From an uncultured Bacteroidales bacterium (lineage in GTDB: Bacteria; Bacteroidota; Bacteroidia; Bacteroidales; UBA10428), in assembly GCA_964646255.1 (NCBI GenBank), contig CAZYDI010000001.1, positions 101,663 through 165,662 of the forward strand: 64,000 bases of DNA, written 5' to 3'. The position numbers and the translations under genes were made by a program. Every line of letters begins with the position of its first letter. Positions within the stretch are counted from its first letter, which is position 1. Shown in pieces: positions 35,822-44,400 of the stretch. The notes under the pieces are model-generated. The model saw only the letters and a list, made by a program, of their open reading frames with translations, was not told where the DNA came from and did no database searches.

Positions 35822-38641
35822 TCAGGCAAACCATTTAATCAGTATGCTTCGGATGGCATCAACCTTTACAGGCTTTACAATGTAATCGTTCATTCCCGAA
35901 GAAATCGCCTTGTTTTTTGTTTTTGAGCTTGCTGTTGCAGTCATCGCTACAATAGGCATCTGATGACCCTGACCCCTGATTTCAACGGTTGCCTGTATGC
36001 CATCCCTTTCAGGCATTACCAGGTCCATAAAAATGATGTCATACGCTTTGGCCTTTGCCTTCTCCCCGGCCTCAATCCCATTTTTGGCTATATCAATCTT
36101 GTAACCAAGGTTACCGAATATCGTCTGTGCAACCCTTATGTTGATTTCGTTATCTTCAGCTACCAAAATAGACAAATCACTGCGTATTTTCTTCACCGTT
36201 TCATTGGTGCTCCTTTGTACATAAGGAAATGATTCATATATGCTTTTAAGGAATTCTGTCTGTTCAAAAGGCTCAAAGAAATAGAAGTCCACGTTGAAAC
36301 GCCGGGCCTGAACGAAGTTTTCTGTTTTGTGGTTCGCACTCAGCATAAATATCAGAAACCGGTCGGCCAGCTTTTCTTCTTTCAGTTTACGGGCTATCTG
36401 GATACCATTAATAGCCGGGTCATCCACAATGACAAGCATCTGATAGTTACCGTCATTTTCCAGAAGCAATTTTTCCAGCTCTTTTTGCCTTCCTGCATTA
36501 AACTCAAACAGGGTGTGATTCATTTTTTCAAAGTCGAACACCCTTTTGAGCCTTTGATAGCTTTGGTTAATGGATGATATAATTAAAGCATTAATTTGCG
36601 ATAAGCCGCTTATTGTTTCGTTATTCAAAGGTTTGATAATCCGTTCGTTGGAATATACTTCTATGGTGAAACTAAAGCGCGATCCCGGATACCGGGCACT
36701 CCTTGAAATGGGAGAGGGACTTTGTACCCAGATTTCACCATGCATCAGCGTTACCAGTTGCTTTGAAATGGTTGTACCCAAACCTGTTCCGCCATATTTT
36801 CTTGATGTTGATTCTTCTGCCTGTGTGAAAGAGTTGAATATGGTTTCAATTTTATTACGCGCTATGCCCACGCCAGTGTCCTCGACATAAAACAGGAGTG
36901 AAATGTTGTTGTTATACTCTTCTTCAAGTTCTACTCCTACGGCAATTTCACCTTCATGGGTAAATTTCACGGCATTGCTGATCAGGTTCGAAAGGACCTG
37001 CCTTAACCTGAACGGATCTCCTATTATGTTTTCCGGTACTTCAGGGTTTATTTTCAGGTTGAAATCCAGCTTTTTTTCTTCAATGATCGGCCTGAACAAG
37101 TCTACACAAAGCTTTACCTCTTCCCTGAGTTTAAAAGGAATTTCTTCAAGCTGCATTTTTCCGGCCTCTATTTTCGAAAAATCAAGTATATCGTCAATGA
37201 GGGTAAGCAGAACGTCGGCTGAGCGTTTAACAATCTGAACATATTCTTTCTGTTTGCTCGTAAGGTTTTCCTGGTCAAGTGCCTCTGTCATCCCGATGAT
37301 GCCATTCATCGGAGTCCTTATTTCATGGCTCATTTTAGCCAGAAATTCCGACTTTGCCGTATTTGAAGCCGCTTCATATTTTCTTGCCTTTTCAATGGGC
37401 GTTACATCTACAAAAGCACTTAACAAAAACGCTTCATTATTAATGGCAAATGGAATGTCTTTCTTGAAAACCGCGATTTCCTCACCTTCATGCTGGTACA
37501 AAACAAACTGGTTGCTGTCAAACGAGCTGTCATCCGAAGCATCATAATAATCCCTTGATAACATAAAACGCTCACCGAGATTTTTACCTTCAGGTGTCTC
37601 GTTAACCTTTATAAGCAGCAATTCCCGTGCAGTCTGGTTGATAATTTTTACCTTCTGCTCTGTATCCAGGATCATTATGCCCACCGGCAAATGATCGAAA
37701 ATCGACTGAAGATTGGCAAGCTCATTATGGGCTTTTTCTTTCAGTACCAGGTTCTTCCCAAGCTTTCCCAACACCATTAAAAGAAACAATATCATAATGA
37801 GTGTGCTGAAAAGCCCGGCGAGAAGAACTTTATTCAGAATCAGGTCAAAAACAAAAGCACGGCGCATCGAAAAAGCAACTCCAAATTCATCATCCATTAT
37901 GTTGAGCGTTGAATATGCAGAGTATAGCCATTCATCCTTGCCGGCAATATTAACCTGGTGTTTAAGAAACCCGGTTGATGGCGCCATAATTTCATCCCTG
38001 AGTAAAAGTGTGTCATTGAATTGAGGTTGTGCAGGGGCATTCGAAAATACTACCTCACCCTTGCTGTTTACCACCCATTGAAAAAACGCATCATCATGAA
38101 AATAGCGGTTCAATTCCCCATGGAAAAAGGAAGGAAGGTCAAGCTCGAAAACGATGTTGGCTTTTAATACGGAATCTTTAAATACGGGAAAAATATATTG
38201 AAATATGTCGTTTGACCGGCGTATGGTCTCTTTATCGGCAAGCTGAAAACCATGCTGGGTAATGAACGGATCGATGAGCAATTTCTTGCGTTTGTTGTAT
38301 GACAGGTTTAAAACATTGTTATTGAGGTCGTATATATGTGCGGTTTTTATAAGGCCATTATTGTTGGAAAGCAGCATTTCGAGGCTTCTGATACCATCCT
38401 GGCCGATATCGTCACTGGTAATGTCAATGCTCAGCAATATATTCGAATACAGTAAAGCGTTTACCTCGTTTTCAAATTTCTTAAAAGCCTTCTCAATTTC
38501 ATCAGAACTTGCACTTACCTGGCCTGATAGAATGCTGCGCTGGAATGACAGCTGATTTTGGTAAATAAGGAAGCTGAAATAAATGTTCAACAAAATGATA
38601 ACAAGGGTGATACCAATGAAATAGAGCGTATATTTTTTCAT
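35822..38641 (-). CDS. hybrid sensor histidine kinase/response regulator
   Basis: TM helix, about 250-aa extracytoplasmic domain, second TM helix, then a PAS domain. H-box MSHEIRTPMNGIIG, N-box LISNAVKFT, G-boxes EDTGVGI and GGTGLGT. A degenerate receiver is followed by a canonical receiver (ILVAEDNEIN..IIFMDLVMPERDG..YIVKP). The ORF opens at TTG 38668; ATG 38641 (MKKYTLYFIG) is preferred. Confidence 0.85.
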   Translation of the reverse strand: MKKYTLYFIGITLVIILLNIYFSFLIYQNQLSFQRSILSGQVSASSDEIEKAFKKFENEVNALLYSNILLSIDITSDDIGQDGIRSLEMLLSNNNGLIKTAHIYDLNNNVLNLSYNKRKKLLIDPFITQHGFQLADKETIRRSNDIFQYIFPVFKDSVLKANIVFELDLPSFFHGELNRYFHDDAFFQWVVNSKGEVVFSNAPAQPQFNDTLLLRDEIMAPSTGFLKHQVNIAGKDEWLYSAYSTLNIMDDEFGVAFSMRRAFVFDLILNKVLLAGLFSTLIMILFLLMVLGKLGKNLVLKEKAHNELANLQSIFDHLPVGIMILDTEQKVKIINQTARELLLIKVNETPEGKNLGERFMLSRDYYDASDDSSFDSNQFVLYQHEGEEIAVFKKDIPFAINNEAFLLSAFVDVTPIEKARKYEAASNTAKSEFLAKMSHEIRTPMNGIIGMTEALDQENLTSKQKEYVQIVKRSADVLLTLIDDILDFSKIEAGKMQLEEIPFKLREEVKLCVDLFRPIIEEKKLDFNLKINPEVPENIIGDPFRLRQVLSNLISNAVKFTHEGEIAVGVELEEEYNNNISLLFYVEDTGVGIARNKIETIFNSFTQAEESTSRKYGGTGLGTTISKQLVTLMHGEIWVQSPSPISRSARYPGSRFSFTIEVYSNERIIKPLNNETISGLSQINALIISSINQSYQRLKRVFDFEKMNHTLFEFNAGRQKELEKLLLENDGNYQMLVIVDDPAINGIQIARKLKEEKLADRFLIFMLSANHKTENFVQARRFNVDFYFFEPFEQTEFLKSIYESFPYVQRSTNETVKKIRSDLSILVAEDNEINIRVAQTIFGNLGYKIDIAKNGIEAGEKAKAKAYDIIFMDLVMPERDGIQATVEIRGQGHQMPIVAMTATASSKTKNKAISSGMNDYIVKPVKVDAIRSILIKWFA

Positions 38642-38730
38642 TTTCGATTGATTGAAAGAAATAAGCAATCAAAGTAGAAAATAATCGCTAAGTTACAACA
38701 TCAATTTAATAATTTCTTTGAACAACGGAC

Positions 38731-39660
38731 TTACCCGGTTCTGTATTTTTGGTCGGCATCGGTGATGATATTGACATAACTTTTGTAACGCGACTGATGC
38801 AGCAGTCCCTTACGGCATGCATTAATTACCGCGCAATTGGGCTCGTGCAGGTGCGTGCAATTATAAAACTGACAGTCCTTTGAAAGCTTGAAGATGTCCG
38901 TAAAATATAAACCAATTTCATTGCGCTTGATATCCGTTAATCCAAAACCGCGTATGCCCGGAGAATCAATGAGCCATGTGTTTCCGGAAATTTCAATCAT
39001 TTCAGGATAGGTGGTGGTATGTTTCCCTGACAGATGATAGCTTGATATATCACTTGTTTTCAGGTTAAGGCCAGGACACATCATATTGATCAGGCTGCTT
39101 TTGCCTACACCGGAATTCCCTGCCAGTAAGGTGAGCTTATTATCCAGAAGCTTTCTGATCGTGTCAATGTTGATATCTGCTGTTACAGAACCTTTTATTA
39201 CCTGATAGCCTGCATAATCATATATACAGGATACTTCTTCCATCTTCACCGCGAGCGCCTCATCATAAAGGTCAGTTTTATTGATGAAAAGTATGGTTTT
39301 AATGTGATAGGCCTCTGCACAAACCAAAAAACGGTCAATAAACTCCAGGGGTGTCTCGGGAAAAGCAATGGTGAACATAAGTATGCATTGATCCAGGTTG
39401 GCTGCCATCACCTGCACTTCACGGGAGAGGTTGGTAGATTTGCGGATAATGTAATTCTTTCTTTCACGGATCCTGGTTATTATACCCGTATCATCACCCT
39501 GTGATTCGAAACTAACCCGATCACCAACGGCAACCGGATTGGTGTTTTTTATATTATGTGTGCGGAAACTTCCCTTTAAACGGCATTTTATTGTCCGATC
39601 GCCCGATCGCACAGTGTGCCAGCTTCCTGTGGTTTTAATCACTATCCCTGTCTGCTCCAA
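38731..39660 (-). CDS. rsgA: ribosome small subunit-dependent GTPase A
   Basis: GNSGVGKSSLIN and DSPGIRGFGL, with zinc motif CQFYNCTHLHEPNCAV. TTG start. Confidence 0.9.
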   Translation of the reverse strand: MEQTGIVIKTTGSWHTVRSGDRTIKCRLKGSFRTHNIKNTNPVAVGDRVSFESQGDDTGIITRIRERKNYIIRKSTNLSREVQVMAANLDQCILMFTIAFPETPLEFIDRFLVCAEAYHIKTILFINKTDLYDEALAVKMEEVSCIYDYAGYQVIKGSVTADINIDTIRKLLDNKLTLLAGNSGVGKSSLINMMCPGLNLKTSDISSYHLSGKHTTTYPEMIEISGNTWLIDSPGIRGFGLTDIKRNEIGLYFTDIFKLSKDCQFYNCTHLHEPNCAVINACRKGLLHQSRYKSYVNIITDADQKYRTG

Positions 39661-39796
39661 AATGCTTATTTTTTCATCGGTATGGCTAAAATAGTATGAG
39701 ATTTGTAATTTTAATCTATTATTGTGTATTTAATCTGATATTGTAAACGTTTAACTTTAGCATTCCGGAAAATAGTTTTAAGCAAGATCATCAGCA

Positions 39797-40174
39797 ATGA
39801 AGACAATAAAGCAGCATTACTTTATTAATGCATCTCCTGAAGAAGTGTTTTCTGCCATAACGAATCCATTTACCATAGAGCTATGGAGCGGTTACCCGGC
39901 AAAAATGGAAGCCAAAGAGAATACGGAGTTTTCCATTTTTGACGGGGATATCGCTGGCAGAAACCTGAAAGTCGTTGAAAACTCCCAACTTGTTCAGGAA
40001 TGGTACTTTGGTGATAGCCCTGAGCAATCCATTGTAACCATTGATCTTAAACCACATCAGCTCGGCACTAAAGTCAACCTTGACCATACCAATGTTCCAG
40101 ATGAAGATGTGGAAGAATTCACCCGTGGATGGAATGAGTATTACTGGGGAGCCATCCGGGATTTTTTTAAATAA
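39797..40174 (+). CDS. SRPBCC/AHSA1-like domain protein
   Basis: 125 aa. The pattern ..INASPEEVFSAITNPFTIELWSG....GDIAGRNLKVVENSQLVQEW.. is typical of Aha1/START-like SRPBCC proteins. Confidence 0.7.
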   Translation: MKTIKQHYFINASPEEVFSAITNPFTIELWSGYPAKMEAKENTEFSIFDGDIAGRNLKVVENSQLVQEWYFGDSPEQSIVTIDLKPHQLGTKVNLDHTNVPDEDVEEFTRGWNEYYWGAIRDFFK

Positions 40175-40180
40175 ACAAAG

Positions 40181-41437
40181 TTGAAGGAAAAATTGAAAAG
40201 GGATGACGTTGATCTCATGGTTCCCGTGGGATCATTTGAGGCACTTATGGCCGCTATAGAGGGGGGTGCTGATTCGGTATACTTTGGACTTGGGAAACTT
40301 AATATGAGGGCCCGTTCGGCTATAAATTTTGTTCCGTCCGATCTTCCCAAAATAATGCGTATTTGCGGGAAATTCAACAAGAAGGCATACCTTGCGCTTA
40401 ATGTTGTATTCTATGACCGCGACCTGAAAGAAATGAAAAAGATGGTTGACCTTGCCGCTGACAATGGCGTCAATGCGATCATCATCTCTGATCAGGCGGC
40501 CATACATTATGCACGGACAAAACAGATGGAAGTCCATTTGTCCACCCAGGTAAACATAAGCAACACGGAATCACTCAAATTCTATTCAGCTTATGCCGAT
40601 GTTGCCGTTTTGGCGCGCGAATTAAACCTTAAGCAAGTCAGGGATATTGCCGATGGCATAAAGCAACAGGGGATATTTGGTCCATCCGGACGCCTGATGA
40701 AACTTGAGTTGTTTGTACACGGAGCACTGTGCATGGCCATTTCCGGAAAGTGCTACCTGAGCCTTCACCACCACAATCACTCCGCCAACAGGGGTGAATG
40801 TTTGCAGGACTGCCGGAGAAGTTATCTTGTCAGGGAAAAGGAATCCGGTTTTGAACTTGAATTGGACAGCGATTATATTATGTCGCCCAAAGACCTGTGT
40901 ACTATACACTTTATCAATAAAATACTGGATGCCGGTGTACGTGTTTTAAAAATTGAGGGCAGGGCGAGGTCGCCCGAATACGTAAAAACTGTATCTTCAT
41001 GTTATCATGAGGCAATTAGCAGCGTAGTTGAAGGTACGTATACACAGGAAAAGATTGAATCATGGAAGGCACGGCTCTCCTCCGTTTTTAACCGCGGATT
41101 CTGGGATGGTTATTACCTCGGTCAAAAGTTGGGTGAATGGAGCAGTGTTTATGGGTCAAAGGCAACAACAAGGAAATCTTATGCCGCTAAGTGCATGAAT
41201 TATTTTCCAAAAGTTGGCATAGCCGAATTCCAGTGTGAGGCCGGTGTATTGAAACCCGGCGACAGCATTCTGATCATTGGCCCTACAACAGGTGTTATTG
41301 ATTACACAATCCCGGAGATCAGGGTAGAGCATGAGGTAGTAAAAGAGACAAGGGCGGGAGAGCGCTTTTCAATCGCTGTACCTAGAAAGACCAGAAGGGC
41401 AGATAAGCTTTATGTCCTCACACAGGTTATCGATTAA
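40181..41437 (+). CDS. peptidase U32 family protein (likely RNA/quinone hydroxylation-type enzyme rather than a protease)
   Basis: U32 signature ELFVHGALCMAISGKCYLS, plus KIEGRARSPEYV. No signal peptide. TTG start. Confidence 0.85.
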   Translation: MKEKLKRDDVDLMVPVGSFEALMAAIEGGADSVYFGLGKLNMRARSAINFVPSDLPKIMRICGKFNKKAYLALNVVFYDRDLKEMKKMVDLAADNGVNAIIISDQAAIHYARTKQMEVHLSTQVNISNTESLKFYSAYADVAVLARELNLKQVRDIADGIKQQGIFGPSGRLMKLELFVHGALCMAISGKCYLSLHHHNHSANRGECLQDCRRSYLVREKESGFELELDSDYIMSPKDLCTIHFINKILDAGVRVLKIEGRARSPEYVKTVSSCYHEAISSVVEGTYTQEKIESWKARLSSVFNRGFWDGYYLGQKLGEWSSVYGSKATTRKSYAAKCMNYFPKVGIAEFQCEAGVLKPGDSILIIGPTTGVIDYTIPEIRVEHEVVKETRAGERFSIAVPRKTRRADKLYVLTQVID

Positions 41438-41489
41438 CATTACCCCCGGGTAATTAATCATATTATTCTCAAACCAATTGATATCCGAC

Positions 41490-44400
41490 ATGAAAAAGTC
41501 AGTCTCTTCCCTGCTCTCCACCGGAGTTCTCCTGATGGCCTTAAGTTTTATTTTACTTTCAGGATGTAAGAAACAGAAAGCTGTTGAAACGTTCAATCCT
41601 GCGTTTACCTCAAAAATCATTGCCTTTACCTCAGGGGTGATTTCCTCGGAGTCAACCATCCGGATTATTCTGGCTGATGACAATCCCCATGCTGGCGATG
41701 GCCTGAATACTGCCGCTTCAGATGACCTGTTTAAATTCAAGCCGGGCATTAAAGGTCAGGCCATATGGATTGACAAACGTACACTTGAATTCAAACCCGA
41801 AGGCAGATTGCAATCCGGCGAGGCATACCATTGCCGCTTTAACCTCGGTAAAATTCTCGATGTTGAAAAGGACCTGTCTGTCTTTGAATTTGACTTCAGT
41901 GTCGTGGAACAGGACTGGGCAGTTTTGGTGAACGGTTACCAAACTCAGCAGGAAAATGATCTTACCTGGAATACCATAAAGGGAACCGTAACCACTGCCG
42001 ATAATATCGATTTGGAAAGCCTTTCACACTATTTTACCGCCCGGCAGCAAGGCAGGAAGCTAAAGTTAAAATGGGAACAGGGCAGCGATGCCAGAATATT
42101 TTCCTTTACGATTGACAGCGTTGAAAGAAAAAAGGAAGAAGAAAAGGTGGAAATAAGCTGGGACGGTTCGCCTGAATTCCCTAAAGTTAAAGGAACACTT
42201 GAGACTATAATACCCTCATTGGAAGATTATAAGGTTTTATCTATTAATGTAATACAGCAACCAGAACAATACATTGAAATCATTTTCAGCGATCCTATAA
42301 AGAAAAACCAGGATTTTGACGGCTTGATTTATCTTGAAAATGGCACGAGCCTCACCTATACTGTTTCCGGAAACATCATTAAGGTTTTTCCTGTTGAAAG
42401 GCAGAATGGCGACGCTAAAATCACCATTGCTGAAGGGCTGGTCAATATACTTGGATATAAGCTTAAAGCATCCCATGTTGCCGACATCACATTCACGGTG
42501 CCTAAACCCGCAGTGCGTTTAACGGGTAAAGGGACAATCCTTCCTTCCACCCGTGGCATGGTTTTCCCCTTTGAAGCCGTAAACCTGGATGCCGTGGATG
42601 TTAAGATCATCAAGATTTTTGAAAATAATATCGGTCACTTCCTCCAGGTAAACCGGCTTGATGGAAACTATGAATTAAAAAGGGCAGGTAAGCTGGTGCA
42701 CAAAGAAAAAATTAAACTCGACTTCACTCCGGCTAACCTTGGAAACTGGAACCGGTTTTACATAGACCTTGCCAAATTAATACAACCTGATCCCGGAGCC
42801 ATTTACAGAATTGAAATTTCGTTTAAAAAGGCCTATTCCCGGTATCCGTGCGAAGGTGAAACAGCGTCGGAAAAAGATGATGAGGACTCCGGAACCGAAG
42901 AAAGCGAGGACTATTTCGAGCCGTCCTATTGGGATTCCTACGAGGATTATTATGATGACTACTATTATTATGGCGATGATTATGACTGGGAACAAAGAGA
43001 CAATCCCTGCTCATCCTCCTATTATACCAATAATCGCTCAATAGCCCGGAATATACTGGCTTCTGATTTGGGCATTATTTATAAAGCCGGTACAAACAAT
43101 GAGGCTTTCTGTGCCATAACAAGCCTTGTAACTTCCAAGCCATTGGAAAACGTAGAGGTTTCTTTGCTGAACTATCAGCAGCAGGTAGTTGGCTCAGGAA
43201 CCACCGGTGCAGATGGTTTCGTACGGATTAGCTATAAAGAGAAGCCCTACCTGCTGATTGCAAAAAATGGAAAAGAACGCGGATACCTGAAAGTAGATGA
43301 TGGTTCTTCTCTATCGCTGGGTGCATTTGATGTTTCGGGAAGAACGGTTTCAGGAGGGATTAAGGCATATCTTTATGGTGAACGCGGTGTATGGCGACCG
43401 GGCGATACCTTATTCCTGACATGCATCCTTGAGGATAAAAAGAATATCCTGCCTGAAAAACACCCGGTGATTTTTGAGCTGCATAATCCCAAGGGACAGC
43501 TATACGCCAGAACTACAAAAACCGACGGCGTAAACGGATTTTATTCATGGGCTGTTTCTACATCACAGGAAGTTATAACAGGAAATTATAACCTCAAGGT
43601 CAAAATCGGAGGCACTTCATTCAATAAAACATTAAAGATTGAAAGCATTAAACCTAACCGGCTTAAGTTAAACCTTCAGTTTAATGTTGAAAAGTTGTCC
43701 TTTAATAAACCGGGTGCAACCGGAAATCTCGAGGTAAGATGGTTGCATGGTGCCATTGCTGCAGGTTTAAAAACTACTGTCTCCCTGAACCTTACACCCG
43801 CACCCACTGTATTCTCCAAATATCCAAATTACATATTTACCGATCCCTCAAAGTCATTCCGGTGGGAGGAAAAGGAAATTTATGATGGCAATCTTGATGA
43901 TGCAGGAACAGCTAGCATCCCCGGCAGGTTTAATGTTGATAACACTGCTCCCGGAATGCTTACCGCGCATTTAACAACAAAGGTTTTTGAAAAAGGCGGT
44001 GATTTCAGTATCGATCGGATCAGCATCTCATATTCTCCCTATAGCGCATATGTCGGGTTGAGCACTCCCCAGGGAGATCGCCGCGGTATGCTGCTTACCG
44101 ATACATCCCACATTGTTGAAGTTCTTGTTCTCGATGAAAATGGCAATCATATATCGCGCAGCGGACTGCGTGCTACAATTTATAAACTCGACTGGAGAAA
44201 CTGGTGGGAATCATTCAATGAAGAGCTTGCCAACTATGTTGGAAATACCTATAACAGGCCTGTATTTACAACAACCTGCAATGCAGTTAACGGAAAGGGC
44301 AGGTTTTCATTCAGGATTGACAGGCCCGAATGGGGACGCTTTTTTGTCAGGGTGGAAGATCCGGTGAGCGGACACTCTGCAGGCAAGGTAATATTTGTTG

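Noticed and set aside
35963-38555. A near-continuous chain of plus-strand ORFs (89-111 aa each) antisense to the hybrid histidine kinase.
   Set aside because: The translations are Ser/Leu/Phe-rich low complexity (SSSSSTPTAISPS..). That is typical of the stop-poor antisense frame of a Glu/Lys/Leu-rich gene. They lack promoters and starts consistent with genes, and the minus-strand product has complete kinase and receiver motifs.
41369-41749. A 126-aa minus-strand ORF spanning the U32/A2M junction.
   Set aside because: It is antisense to the 3' end of one strongly supported gene and the signal-peptide region of another, and no motif is recognisable.
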